Shown here one piece after another: positions 13,235 to 26,742 of a DNA stretch of 64,000 nucleotides (position 1 is its first letter; every line of letters starts with the position of its first letter). The notes under the pieces are model-generated. The model was not told the origin of the DNA. It worked only from the letters and a program-made list of their open reading frames with translations, and searched no databases. Location of the stretch: assembly GCA_951406725.2 (NCBI GenBank), contig OX597815.1, positions 44,826,001-44,890,000 of the forward strand, in the 5' to 3' direction. This stretch comes from Octopus vulgaris (lineage: Eukaryota). The position numbers were made by a program, and so were the translations under genes.

Positions 13235-13530
13235 ATTAATACCATTAATGTTCTTTTTAAACCTTTGAATGCCAATATCAGCAAAACAAAATATGGGCAC
13301 GAGTGGGGAAATCGAGAAAGTCAACGCTCTGGAGTGGACAAGGGTATTGTGAGCAATGCAGGCCGTTGGTGTTGGACATAGCAAGGGTAACGAGAGGAGG
13401 AAAGGTGCGTTGGTTGGAGATACCTCAGTAGAGGTGGCACGAGTGCTTCCACCTCTGAGGAGCACAGACCATTATGCTAAAGGTAAAGCGACTGAGATTG
13501 ATAAGAAAATGCACGCCCGTAAGTCGAAGG
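13235..13530 (-). mobile_element. CR1/Jockey-type LINE ORF2 3' remnant
   Basis: The reverse complement reads 'GLCSSEVEALVPPLLRY..THLSSSR..' and 'IQRFKKNINGINL'. Confidence 0.6.
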
Positions 13531-14073
13531 CTAGTGAATTTATGCTAATCTGACGCTTCAGATTATTGGAGATACAAATAGCTGTTGATCTTTTATAATT
13601 GAAAATTATACAAATGAAGATAATGTACCTAACATTGTTTACGAAAGTAAAAACAATCTCAGACACATATGTCGCTATATTTATTTTACATTATTTTTTG
13701 AGACTCTCTATTGTATTTAGTGCGAAATAATATTAAAGTGAATATAATGCAATATGTTTATTTCAAATCGCTATCATATGTCTTCCCAGCTGTAATTACA
13801 TCTATTTAAACATGTTATCTCAGAGCTAGTCATTGCCAAAAAAGTATGAATACGAAGTTACTGAAGAGCTGTTTATACGCAATTTTTGTAACAATGATTA
13901 ACTTGACACGATTTAGGCATCCAAAATTCTCACACTGTCTACACATAACTGAAAGTGGTGGCCACTTTGATGCTATCCTTGCCAATCTAAAGGGCAATTA
14001 TCACATGTAGCGGCACATCTTTAATGCGAGCTTAGCTATGCATTAATTAGGAACACTGGTATTAATTGTAGGT

Positions 14074-14292
14074 TAGGCGGCGAGCTGGCAGAATCGTTAG
14101 CACGCCGGGCGAAATAATTAGCGGCATTTCATCTGTCTTCATGTACTGAGTTCAAATTCTGCAGAGGTCGACTTTACCTTTCATTCTTTCGGGGTCGATA
14201 AATTAAGTACCATTTAAGTACTGGGGTCGATGTAATCGACTTACCCCTCTCCTAAAATTCCAGGCCAGGCCTTGTGCCTATAGTAGAAAGGA
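14074..14292 (+). mobile_element. Full-length tRNA-derived SINE (Deu/Nin-like core) with 14-bp TSD
   Basis: A-box TGGCAGAATCG, B-box GAGTTCAAATTC, core GTCGACTTTACCTTTCATTCTTTCGGGGTCGATAAA. TSD TATTAATTGTAGGT at 14060-14073 and 14293-14306. Confidence 0.9.
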
Positions 14293-16699
14293 TATTAATT
14301 GTAGGTAATTAATATTATATACATACAAATATATATGTATGTATGTATATGTATAACTCTTTGTACGCCTGTGTACCTCTGTGTGTGTGTCTATGCGTTG
14401 TATGCGTCTATTATGATGGGCAATACAATCTTAGTTCATTTAATCGAGATATTCAATTAGTGAGCGTTCAGAATGACTTAAAAGACCTAAGGTCCATGTG
14501 ATTGAAATAATCTGGGAAATTGGACCACAAAATACACCAGTCGAAGAAAATGTGGAATAGTAATATTTAAATGTTTCGGTGCATCAACATATATCATGTT
14601 AACATATATCATGTCAGCGTTAAATCTCCCTTCATCCTACGTTTTATACATCAGATCATTTACTTTATATGATACGGGATTTTTAATTATAAGCATTTCA
14701 ATTCCTGATTTGTCCAAAATTCATATATACAGCGTTGGCCACATGTCACCTGACAGTAAATCAAAACCATTTGATTCTAAGATTTATTTATGTTGACAGC
14801 TGAATGAATTTAATAAAAGCATCTAAATATGAAACATCATGAATGTTGTTCAAACTGAAGTTCTTCTTGAGCGACACATTTTTTCCATTCGATCAATACA
14901 GAATTACAGAGTATTTATGGAATTTTGATTTACTGTCGGGTAACTTCTGGCTAACCCCTGCGTAGAATTTACCTTGGCTTTTAATGAGAGTTTGTTTCAA
15001 ACTCAAAGTTTTGACCTTAAATAATGGATTTAAGAATGTTAATCTTGGACAGAAAAAGAGAATTTGCACCTCTTCAAAACTCAGAGGCCCCATTGGTGTA
15101 ATTGGTAACGCGTTCCTCTCAAATACGAGATTTGTGTCTTCTGAAAAGGGGTGCTCTCTTTTTACTATCCGTTCAACATTAGAGTTTTTTTAATGTTTTA
15201 TAGAGTTAACGCGCGTGTGTGTATGTGCACAAACATGTATGAATGTTTGTGTGCGAGTATGTGTGTATGCGTGTGTGTACCTATGTGCATATATACCTCT
15301 ATGTATATATGCTTTTAAGTATTACATATATATATATATATATACACACACACATATGTGCATGGGTACATGAATGTATGTGTGTATGTACGTATGTGTA
15401 TGTATTTATACCTCCACATAATCATCCGCGCATTTTATCGTATGATGTTTCTGTATTCAATAAACTATTGCAACGCCTTGAAGGAAACTGAGAGTCTGAA
15501 ACTAACCAGTTCCTTTGAGAGACGTGTAGGTTTAGTGATTAATCTGTAGTAAAATTTAGTATTTTATCAGTCATTTATTTGAAAGCAAGGTTACAAGGGA
15601 ACTAAAATAGAGACAAAGGTATCTTGAAAAATATACCAAGTTGTTTCAGGGCATGTATTTTTGTATACCAACAAACAGGCTGCAAGTATTTTCATTAGCT
15701 TTTTGACATATTGATTTTATACTATCTCCTTGTTGACTGGGACATCATATTTGACATTGTTGCCTTGCCCTAAAGTATTCATAAAGTTAACCTAGTTTAT
15801 TTATTTATTTGTTTATTTATCTATTTATTATTTTGCATTCTCAAAACATTTCTCTCATTTTATTGCTTTTTTTTTCTTTGCGAAACAAAAGTCGTCGTTA
15901 GTATTGGAGGGTACGTTAGAGGACGTACGTACGTAAGTATGTATGCGCGCGCGCGTGTGTGTGTGTGTCTATGTGTGTGCATGTGTGTTAACTTCCTAGA
16001 AAATACATTTGTTTTCTTACAAAGAAACAGAAATTCATCTCTGGAGTTTAGGGAACAACTGCGACGAAAAGTTTCATGTATTTGGAGAAAACCTTGCTAA
16101 TTTTTTGCAGCTGTTCTTACAAATTATATTTGCAAAATACACATTAGCTGGTCTCGTTCTTTATATAAAATCCTTAACCTTTCAAAATAAGAACTTAGAT
16201 ATTTAGTAATACAATCAACGCACCAATAATTATCTGGTCAAAACCAGATGTCGTAATATATGTTCTGGATAGAGAAGCAATACCTTTCTAAGCAGTTGCC
16301 CATCGTCAATGAATTTGACAGAACTGTTCAGTTCGAGAGAGCAGCTGCTTTTATGAGAATATTCCGGTTATTAATTGAGCATTCAGCAATAAGAATATTT
16401 TCTATATTCCCAGGACAGTCTTTCTCACTGATAGAATTGTATATTGTTTTATTTACAGCATCCGTTCGCAAGTACTACCGAATTTTTTTATGGCCACTTT
16501 CCATTGTCATACTTGCTGAAAATACTGCTAAATCCATTTATTTCTCAACATTGTAAAAATTGACCGTAAACATCTTAAGATTACCACAAATATATTAAAA
16601 CGATTTAAATTCCTCTTTAAAAGCTACAAGTTGACAATTACCGGAAAAAAACATGGTCAGTGTGAGAATTTCATGCGACTGACATCTGGGAAAACATAT

Positions 16700-17075
16700 T
16701 TTGTGTTAAGTGGTTAGTACTGAACCTAGGGATGGTCACAATGTGGGTATGCCGAGAGTTGGATAGACGAGTAAGTTAGGAATGCTTAAGTGGAGGTAAG
16801 GTGAAGCTAGCCAACTCCTAGGACAGGAAACACTGAAGTAATGCTACAGACAGTGAGGTGACGATATACCAATGGGTCAGAGGTTGACGCGTGCTTGTGT
16901 ATGACTCTATATGTGGTGTAATGAATCTGTCTATTAGCAGCACCGTTCCAAATATGAGAGCTGTATTCTGTTGTGGATTTTAATCAAGCTTTTGTAAAGA
17001 GGGAAACGAAGTATTTTCTGACCCTGGATAGTCTTTGTGATGCAGGCTTTGTTATATTGAGAATATGAGATAACA
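16700..17075 (-). mobile_element. CR1/Jockey-type LINE ORF2 remnant
   Basis: The reverse complement reads 'HILNITKPASQRLSRVRKYF..EYSSHIWNGAA..TRLSNSRHTHIVTIPRFSTNH'. Confidence 0.6.
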
Positions 17076-17429
17076 AGGATGTAACAAGGAAGGATGGTCT
17101 AGAACACTTGAGGGGTGTAGGCCTCATTCCGTTACATTAAATTATTTGTCGAAGGAAAACCAAGACTTCGAATATCTGCAACAGCATAAATATTTATTTT
17201 TCTGGATTCGCAATAATATATACATATATATTTCCTTCAGGGCGAACCTTTAGCCATGGGAGCTATTCGCTGCAGTTAAATGGTGTGATCCAAATGCTGT
17301 CTCGAACAAGCATAGTGTAGCTTCGCCACGTGTTGGCTTGTTTGGGAGAGATGTGATAACGCGTCCGTACAATTCGGTGTCTGCTTCGAGAAAGAGATCG
17401 ATACTGCGGGAAATCTTGCTGTTGTTAGT

Positions 17430-17520
17430 TCTCTGGGCATGCGCATGAGGGAACTTCCGGTGGCCTCCCGGAAGAAATCCAAATCTGCACATGCGCGCTG
17501 AAGACTTGCAAAATGGCGTC
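17430..17520 (+). promoter_or_regulatory. Cluster of promoter-type motifs (NRF1-like, ETS x2, YY1/Kozak)
   Basis: GCATGCGCAT 17437-17446, ACTTCCGGT 17453-17461, CCGGAAG 17468-17474 and CAAAATGGCG 17509-17518, in a locally GC/CpG-richer island. Confidence 0.35.
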
Positions 17521-18455
17521 ACTACAAGGAGATATCCTCAGTAATGTTGAGACCGATCCTTTGCAATGAGCTTGAGATTTCTAGTTGGCTACTCTTCACA
17601 TTTAGGGATATGGGATACGATATTACTCCTTTGTTATATGTAGTGATTTTGTCTTTTTGCTGTTGTAGAAGGTCGGATTGGCATGAATATATTGGAGAAT
17701 GTTTTCCAGATCTCATTGCAATTTTAGCATGTTTTAATTGTATGTAGATAACACTTGAATGCTGAAGATATGAATATATGATGTATACATGCGTGCAAGC
17801 ATGTATATATTTTTCTGACAAAGTCATGCATACATGTGTGTATGTCTGTGAGTGTATGCTTCTTTCAGGATGATTTAAGTTCCACGCAAAACTCAAGCCG
17901 GTGACTAAATGTAAGTTATTTCGTTTGAGTGTGTTGTTAACTGGTTCGTTCATTATTGACGAAAAGCACGAGTCACACACATCTTACAACCAAAAACGCA
18001 CTATAAGGACTCGTAACGTTTCATTACAAAATCTGTAGAATAATGTGCGATGAGATTTGATTGATTTTAAATGTTTATGATATTCCCCATGAGCCTTCAG
18101 GTTGCCTCGAAAGAAAAGAGGAAGATGTATCTGTTGTGGAAGATGTATCTGACCCACACATACACACCATCACCACCACCATCATGTGGCTGAAGATGGA
18201 CTCACTCACAAAGAACTATGAGCGATTAGCAGTTCGGGTTGGTAAATAGTTCATCGCAGCCGTTAATATAGAGCGGTGTGTTTCGTGTAATATTAATAGT
18301 AGTGCGTCTCGTGTATATACTTTCTTCCTCGTTGCTTCGATATATTATATATCCAAGACAAGGAGAGAAACTCTCATGTTACGTTTTGGTACAAAATGCA
18401 CTTTTGTTAATATCGCTAGCAATGAGATAAATCCCCGCCACCTCCAGCGCTGAGA

Positions 18456-18502
18456 CCACCAGATTACGTGATTTCGGCCTTCCTTGGTCTTATCAATGAG
18501 GG
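18456..18502 (-). ncRNA. Hammerhead ribozyme motif, U3-A8 core
   Basis: Reverse complement: CCCUCA-UUGAUAA-GACC-aaggaa-GGCC-GAAA-UCACGUAA-UC-UGGUGG. Confidence 0.7.
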
Positions 18503-18711
18503 ATATACATAAGAGTGCATTTTGTACCAAAATCCACGTTTGAGTGGGGATAAATATTACTTATTGGTATCGATATCACTTCTAATGCTAATAAATATTT
18601 TTTTTTAACAAGCTCCCTGGCTAATTGTGACACCAGAGCCTGTTCTGGCACTATTATTATATATATCGCCGGCGGGGAGGTGAATCGCTGCTATCTCTAG
18701 CGGTCGAGCGT

Positions 18712-18758
18712 CCATCATTGAGAAAACCAAGGAAGGTCGAAATCGCGTGATCCGGTGG
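18712..18758 (+). ncRNA. Hammerhead ribozyme motif, U3-A8 core
   Basis: CCAUCA-UUGAGAA-AACC-aaggaa-GGUC-GAAA-UCGCGUGA-UC-CGGUGG. The consensus of the two arms gives fully paired stems. Confidence 0.7.
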
Positions 18759-19377
18759 TCTCGGTGCTGGAGATGCTCGGTGCGGGGATTTATCTCGCCG
18801 CTGGCGATACAAACAAGAGTGCATTTTGCACCACATGCCAATGTAAGAATTTCTCTCGTGGTATCTATCGCTGTATAGGTTGTTCTAACACAACATCCGC
18901 GTATAAGTGGGGATAAATATTATCTCAGAGTTGCTATATCTAGAAATACTAAGAGTTGTGAACGAATATAAGGAAAGGGTAAACGAGAGGGCAAAAGGCA
19001 TATGTAAACACGTACGTAAGTATATAAACATAGTTTTCAACTAGCAATAACCACGCCTCGAGACGTGAAATACTACTTGTCAGTGCTACAGGAAATATGT
19101 ATCCAAGTTCAACCTGTGGTAAGGTCAAGTCGTTGGTGTTTGACTTGCCTGCTTTATTTAAAGAGGGTGAATTTGGACACTTTAAATAGAGAGGTTTCAA
19201 AGTGGTGATAGATGTTTTGAGAATATTTTAAAAGTTTAATTATTTCGCAGATTGACACATTTTTATGAAACAACTTCAAATAAATACCAAAATAAAGAAT
19301 ATAGAAGGTCATAGGTTAGAAAGTGAAGTAAAAAAAAAAAACTTTCCCAGGTCACACACCTTGAATATCATGTAAAT

Positions 19378-19692
19378 CAGTGGTTATCAACCAGGGTCCA
19401 TAATAGCCTCTGAGGGCCCTTATATGATTTTTAGATGTCCACACAATAACATAGTAAATTAAGGATGCACAACAGTATTTTAAAAGCCCCTGAAAAAAGT
19501 TTGTTTTAAATTATGCATTGGTATGTATTGCAAGAATGAGTGAGTTTTTTTTTCTGTAACATTTTACATAGTTCAACCTACACCAGTTATACGGGAAAAC
19601 AGAGGTTTTAAACAGAGAATGACTATGGGAGCCCACCAGAATGAAATAGTAATCAAAAAGGCCCATGGATAAAGAATGGTTGAGAACCCCTG
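19378..19692. mobile_element. hAT-type MITE
   Basis: TIRs CAGTGGTTATCAACC / GGTTGAGAACCCCTG; 8-bp TSD ATGTAAAT/ATGTAAGT (7 of 8 match). Confidence 0.85.
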
Positions 19693-19729
19693 ATGTAAGT
19701 AAATAGTATTAGTAACGATTTAAGAAGCA

Positions 19730-20036
19730 TGTTGTTGCTGCTGTTGTTGTTGTTGTTGTTGTTGTTGCGGTGGTGGTGGTGGCGGCGGTGGCGGTGGTGG
19801 TGGTGGTGGTGGTGGTGGTGGTTTACGTCGTCGTCGTCGTTGTAGTCCATGTAATCGTAATCGTTGTCATCAAGATCGTAGACGTCGTCCCTATCGCCAT
19901 CCCCGTCATCTTCGTCGTCGTTGTCGTCGTTGTCATCGACACCACCGTAGTCGCCTTCGCGCCACATCCTTCGTCATCGTCCTTGTCACAATCGCCGTCA
20001 CCATCATCGCCGTCACCATCATCGCCGCCATCGCTG
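19730..20036. repeat. Compound trinucleotide repeats (GTT/GGT/GTC/ATC)
   Basis: Directly visible. Confidence 0.95.
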
Positions 20037-20039
20037 TGA

Positions 20040-20420
20040 TCCTTCAGACATTGAAATGTGAATTTGTTGCCACATAGCGCCTCCCCAAACTGAGCCTGTT
20101 CTATTTTCCAGGGCGTATGTTCTAGCATGAAGAATATATCTTTCATGCTTTGCATCGAAGTAATTATGAGCATTGACTTTCGCTGTCAGCAATCTTTCGA
20201 TGCTTCTTCCGCGATCTTCTTCTTATTGATTGACTAAGTCTTTTTCTAAGTTACTTTTGTGCTAAAGTTAGACAAGGCTACTTAAATTTTCCTTTTACCT
20301 GTACACATCCCCTGTACTTTGGCGACTGCTTTCACTAGCTGTCTTTCAACTAATTTCTTAATCCGGTTGCTAAAGACTTTGCGTGCTGGAAAAATACATT
20401 CACCATACAGTAACCGACTC
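20040..20420 (-). mobile_element. RTE-clade LINE 3' remnant
   Basis: The reverse complement reads 'RLLYGECIFPARKVFSNRIK', matching the RTE 'LLYGE' motif; an (ATG/ACG)n-like tail follows. Confidence 0.5.
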
Positions 20421-22209
20421 CCATTCTATTTAGTAAACAGGCTAAGTTGTTTATACAGATCACAAATTTGTGGTTCGTGTGGGTAAATAACTGTAGTTGT
20501 GAACAACTTATGTCAATTTATTGGGTGGCCTAGCGAAAACTCAGTCCAGATATGAAATTTTGGTGACTCACTGGCTTTTCATTAATGGTGAGACCAGTTG
20601 AACATTTAGAACGGAGTATATTCTCAGGAATTTTCACCTCATTTTATCAACTACCATACAATTCCGATGTGTGTGTCCAAGGCTCCATTGTAATCGTCTA
20701 TTAAAGGCAATGAACGCTACAACGATATGTTAGAAATGTCACCAAACGTCAATTGAAATCCGACTATGCAGTTATGCCGGAGTATATAAATGATTACTTG
20801 ATTGAAGGATCTACGTCGCTCACACTAAGGACCAGCGACGCATCATCCGAGTCAAGGAGAACTGTAATTACCTCTAGATATTAATCTTTCTGAAACAGCC
20901 ACAACAATCGATCTTGGCAAAAGGTGTCATAAACTTCCAAGTTGGCCAGAAGTGAGGGGACGACGAATGAGTCTCCAAAATTCTTATCTCGCTGATGGCT
21001 TTCTTACACTAACGTAGTAGCTTGAAGTTGTTCACAGTTTCAGAGAATATTCTATAGGGAACACCTATTCGTGATCTTTAAAGCTCGTAGGGCACGTGTC
21101 CCTTCTTCTGCAGCGACCCCAAACCAAATACATTTAATTTACGTGTTCTTTGTATGACCATGTTAGGAGGAAAGGAAAATAAGTAAGAGGTGGTCCCAAT
21201 TCTGATCGGGTGGTATTTCTATTTTCGAGATTCTTGAAATAACCCTGCAGAACCCAGTTCCTGGAGAAAACGTTATCTTAGAATGCGATACACGTCTGAT
21301 GGAGTTTTTATCAAAGGTTTCATAATTTGTATATTTAGAGCGGTGAATGCATCAAGGTCTTCGCCTCTCATAATAATTATGTCCGTATGAGCATGAGCAT
21401 ATTGTAAAACTCCTCGCTCTCTTTCGGAGAACGGTGCAGCTGACAAATCCGTGCATGCGTTGATGATGCCATTTCTTCTCTTGTTGATGTTGTAATTGTA
21501 TTTTTACCTATTATCGTTATAGCTTCTTGCAAGAGCTGTTGTTGGTAGACATTTTAATTGTTCTTGCTACTGTATTTATTTATACCATAATTTTCTCTGC
21601 TTTAAAACGTGGTTGCGAAGTAGTAATTGTATATGTATACAATAATGGCACCGCTGGCATTATTTTATGTAAATTTATATTTTTGTTTTCCCGGAAGTTG
21701 GCAGTTTTATGAGTGCCAACTAGCAACCTTCGATTGTAATACAGCCACATATTCACACGCACATACACACACACAAACACACACGCACGTATGTATGTAT
21801 GTATGTATGTATGTATGTATGTATGTATGTATGTATGTATGTATGTATGTATGTATGTGCATGTGTGTTTGCGTGTGTGAGTATATTTGTCTAATAAAAT
21901 GTCTCAGGGTGCGCGTACACTCTGAAACACTATATCAGATGTGTCGTATGATGTCAGGCCGTAAATGTAAATGCAACACAGCTGTTTTACCAAGTCTTAA
22001 CGCCAGTTTACATCCTTTTGTTGTCTTAGTAAAGGGTTAATGACTATATTGACATTTCCATCATGGGTTCTCTACTAAGGACAAGCTTAACGCTTACATT
22101 TTTTTTTAATTCTCTATTTCACGTCAACATTATTTGATGTAATTTTAAGTGGACGAAGCTATTTGTCAAGCACTTCAGAAATAAATCTTTTGTGCTAACC
22201 AATGCTGGT

Positions 22210-22435
22210 GGATAATGATGATGGTAAAGAGGAGGATCATGATGATGAGGAGGAGGAGGAGAAGGAGGAGGAGAAGGAGAAGGAGGAGGAGAAGGAGAAG
22301 GAGGAGAAGGAGGAGGAAAAGGAGGAAGAGGAGGGTGATGATGATGATGATGATGATAATGGTGGTGGTGGTGGTGGTGATGATGATGGGGAGGAGGAGG
22401 GCGATAACAATGACAAGCAACTACAGTGATAATGA
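22210..22435. repeat. (GAT)/(GAG/GAA)/(GGT) compound microsatellite
   Basis: Directly visible. Confidence 0.95.
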
Positions 22436-22675
22436 TTAATCAACAACTATGAAATTTTCTTATATCGACGACAAGAGCAGCCATTTATCAATAGGCATCC
22501 AACTGAGACATATAGAGCGATTTTTGAACGCGTAATTTTAAAAAACGAGACCTAAATATTCAAAATATTTAGGCCAGTGTATCATTCAGCTTCTGCTTCC
22601 TTCTGTACACTACAACTACTACTATTACTACTACTACTACTACTACTACTAATAATAATAATAATAATAATAATA

Positions 22676-23229
22676 GCCCTGACGCAGTACCAGGCAGTGG
22701 CTCTCATGGCTTCTGATCTTAACTGATTGGAAGTGTTATCATGTACATTGTTTTGTCTTGGTATAAAAGATGGGCTACAGCAAATATTCTGCTCAATACC
22801 ACAAATTTGCTTGTCAGTTGTTTGACCTTAACCAGTTGAGCATGTCCCTTAGTGGCTGACAATACGTGCATCTCTGATCACGAGCAGAAGTAGTGGGGGA
22901 GCATCATGGCCATGTGTTGAGAGGGATTCTTTGGAGTTTGAATAATTCACCTCTGGAAACATAGGTGTTTCGTTCAACATCCTAAGGCAACCCTTATTCA
23001 GGGACCTTTTGAGCAGGATGGGCTACTCAACCTGAAGAAAATTCTAACTGGGCCCCACCTGCAAGGTCATGTGCTGTTTATTTTGATATGAGATTACCAT
23101 GTCGCGCACATATGGTTGTGATGCATGTGCCTGGTGTACCTTTATCAGACGGGTAGTCATGATGGGTATATTGGGCTTCGTATATTTTACCCCAGTGTCA
23201 CTTTGATGGCATGAACTGCTCTCTCACTC
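22676..23229 (+). mobile_element. 554-bp non-coding retroposon embedded in (TAA)n
   Basis: Flanked on both sides by TAA arrays. A 5'-truncated, nearly identical copy at 37534-37705 also ends in (AAT)n. Confidence 0.8.
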
Positions 23230-23312
<83 letters not shown>

Positions 23313-23389
23313 CAATAATAATAATAATAATAATTATAATAATTATAATAATAATAATAATGATAATAATTATAATAATAATAATAATG

Positions 23390-23446
<57 letters not shown>

Positions 23447-23455
23447 GCAATAATA

Positions 23456-23488
<33 letters not shown>

Positions 23489-23523
23489 ACAACTACAATT
23501 ATAGCAACAGCAACAATAATAAT
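23230..23523. repeat. (TAA)n array
   Basis: Directly visible. Confidence 0.98.
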
Positions 23524-24170
23524 GTCATGTAGACTACTAGAAGAGTCACAAAAACTTGGCTATGATATGGGTGAACTACATGAAAACGTGTGACAAGACC
23601 CCATATTCGTGGATTATTGAGTGTTTTAAGCTAGTTAACGTCACTGGTAATATTGTGAATTTCATACAAAATACAATGGCCATCTGGAGGACTGAACTCA
23701 CAGCGCGTAGTGTGACGCTAGGAGAGGTTAATATCAAAAGAGGAATTTTCCAAGGGGGCAGTTTATCTCCCCACATATTTGTCATCTGGATGATAACTGT
23801 ATCGAGTGTTATAAGAAAGATGTGTGTAGGGTACTCTCTAGGCAACTGAAAAAAAAACTTGTTGTTAATGGATGACCAAAATCTTTTTTCAGTAAAATAA
23901 GAGAAAAATTGATAGTTCAATATAAACAGTTCAGGCGCTTAGCAAGAATGTTGAGATGGAATTCGGGATCAAAAAGTGCGGTGTGATGGTACTAAAACGA
24001 TGAAAAGTTAGTAAAAACCATGGGATCAAGCTGGAAGGTGGTGAAATCAAAAAGGCAGTTGGAGAAGAAGAGTACAAATACCAGGGTATTATTGACAATG
24101 ATAAAACTAATAAGTTTTCAGAAAAGTGTATCTGAATAAAACCCGACTTCTGTTGCAGCCTAAGCCAGAG
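23524..24170 (+). pseudogene. Dong/R4-clade non-LTR reverse transcriptase fragment
   Basis: 'YSWIIECFKLVNV..MAIWRTEL..LGEVNIKRGIFQGGSLSPHIFVI', 'LMDD', 'MEFGIKKCGVMVLKR'. Confidence 0.85.
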
Positions 24171-26659
24171 GTTCCCAAAATGGGAATCTTACATAAAAAT
24201 CATCATAACTCCGTTCAGGAGATCAAAACTCCGAGTGAAGGTCTTTCGCAAGGCAAGTGCTCCAATGGACTCAAAACGACAATAGTTATGTACTGTAATG
24301 CTATGAAAGAAGCGAGCTTACCGAAATTGGATGAGATTGCAAAAACATTCAACAGAGAAAGACTTGTTCCCCATCACGAAACAAAGACTTTCAGGTAAAA
24401 AAAATTTAATCGTGAAAAAGCAATAGCTATCCCAATTGGAGCAGGAGGAGAACTCCACAATAGGGAAAGGATGTGACTATGCAGAACACGAAGAACAAAA
24501 AGTAGTATAAAACCAGGGATGAATAGAGGAACCAATAAATCCCCACAAAAGAAACAGCTACCCAGATAAAGGTAAAGTTTATTTTATGGAAGGAAAGACT
24601 GTTACAAAATAAGGAAGAAGTTTACTACTATACCTGAAAGAGGCACAAATAGCGAAAGAAAGAGGCTACCAGTTCCGGGAAGATTCGAAAGAGCAAAAAT
24701 ATACAAAGTAATGAAATGATTGAGAAACTCTTCACGAAAATCTACATCGGAAACATAACAGATCTAAACGTCCTTATATATTACTCAGCCTCTGTCGCAG
24801 TGAGATATTTGCGATTAGAAGTGAAAGAAAATTAAAGGACAAAGCTCCCATGGTGGGAACGAAGGTTTGAAAATCAAACTGAACAACTCAAATGAGATCT
24901 CAAATGCAATCATAGAGAAGGAGAGAGAACTGAAAAAGAAACAATCTAAAACAGAAAGGACTGCAAGTAGTTAAAATATCAAATCTGTATCGGGTAAAAA
25001 AAAGAACAATAAATACCAACAAAGACAAATTAGTACTAGCAGAACAGACTCTTCAAGAACAACGAAAGAAAATTCTATAAATAAAGGGACAACGAAAAAG
25101 AGCATTAGGGAAAGGACTCCAACATAATATAAAAGCAAACTGGTTACGGGAATTTAAAAGAGGAATAGAAAATGGAGTGACACAAGAAAAATATAATAAT
25201 CACGGATACGAAAGTAAGAGATGATCCAGAAAATACCAAACTGGAAAGCCCCTCAGACCAGATGTGTCCACGGTTTGTGGTTCAAAAACCTCCTGAGTAT
25301 ACATCTATTATATAAAATTTGTTCTGTCTGTCTGTCTGTGTGTCTTCTAGGATCTCGAGTATCCTCCATCCGATTACGCTCAGATTTTATATGTAGATAC
25401 CGACGGTATCAGGGCGTGTATAGGTCTTGAAAAAATTACAAAAATCAATTCCAGGTGAGAAGGCGATCGATAAAGTGAATAAAATCGTTTTTCTTTGGAA
25501 TAGAAAAAAGTCTATCTTTATTTCTTCTTTTGCTGATGTCTCAAATTTAGGTTAAATCAGTGTTTCTCAAAGGAGAGGCCTTTGGGACGGTCGGACAAGT
25601 TGTTTTGAGAAAATTTGGTTTAAATGGTTGACAACTCAGCACCGTCCATTGGACGGGCGGCGTTTTGCTCGTTGCTATATATGAGCATCCAACATTGGCT
25701 GACAAAAGGAAGGACACTGCTGACACAGAAGGACAAGAAAAGAGAAGAGAAGTCAGGTTTTATAGTCCTATTGCTTGCTCACCATATTTCTGTAAAGTAT
25801 TAACCGGCCTTATAACAGATGAAAAGCAAAAAGAAGAGAGGAAGAAATCGAGGGGAACTGCTGATCTGAAAGATATAGAGAGACACAGCAGAATATTAAA
25901 AGAAGTACGAGTAAGGCGGAAGAATTTAGCTGCTTGGTGGGTAGATTACAGGACGGCCAACGACCGTGTCCCACACAGATAGCTCTTGGAGTGTTTAAAG
26001 ATGCTCAGAGTGAATGAAAAGATAAACAACTTTTTGGAGAAAGCGATGAGAGAGTATGAAGCAGAACTGACATGTACAAACGAATCGTTAGGCAACGTGA
26101 AAAATATACAGGGGACATCTTCCAAGAAGTTTCGCTCTCTCCGTTACCCTTTGTCATTGGGCTAATCCGTCTGACAAATATACTGAGAAAATCCAGACCT
26201 GCCTATGAGTTTACCAAACCCAAGATAAGTATTAACCACTTACTTTATATGGGGTGCCTCATGATATATACAAAAAAATGAGACTGACCTGGATTCTCTA
26301 ATCCAAATAGCGAGAGTATTCAGTAAAGACATTGGAGTGCAGTTTGGGGTAGCTAAGTGCAAAGTACTTATGCGGAAAGGCCGGAAGATAAATTCTCAAG
26401 GCATAGAATTACCACAAAAGAACATCATTCCTTCACTATGGAATAATAAAGGATATAAATAGCTACGAGTGCTACAAGACGATAGGATAATGGAAAGAGA
26501 AATGAGAAAATACCTAAAGCGAACCGGTGGAGATTTAGGAAGGTACTCGAAACAAAATTAAATGATGGGACATCATTAAAGCTATAAATATATGGGCAAT
26601 ACCAATATTAAGATACTCTACTCCCTTTCAGAAATTGACAAAGATCGAGCTGCAGACCC

Positions 26660-26742
<83 letters not shown>

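Larger units (their letters stand above)
18351..18925 (+). mobile_element. Retrozyme-like element: ~363-nt monomer in partial tandem preceded by an inverted copy
   Basis: Inverted arm 18351-18502. GTGGGGATAAATATTA recurs at 18544 and 18907 (offset 363). HHR motifs on both strands. Confidence 0.75.

Noticed and set aside
16260-16556. 98-aa non-repetitive ORF
   Set aside because: No recognisable domain or splice context; the length is compatible with chance.
17225-17340. TTTCCTTCAG splice acceptor suggesting a coding exon
   Set aside because: All three plus frames hit a stop within about 80 nt.
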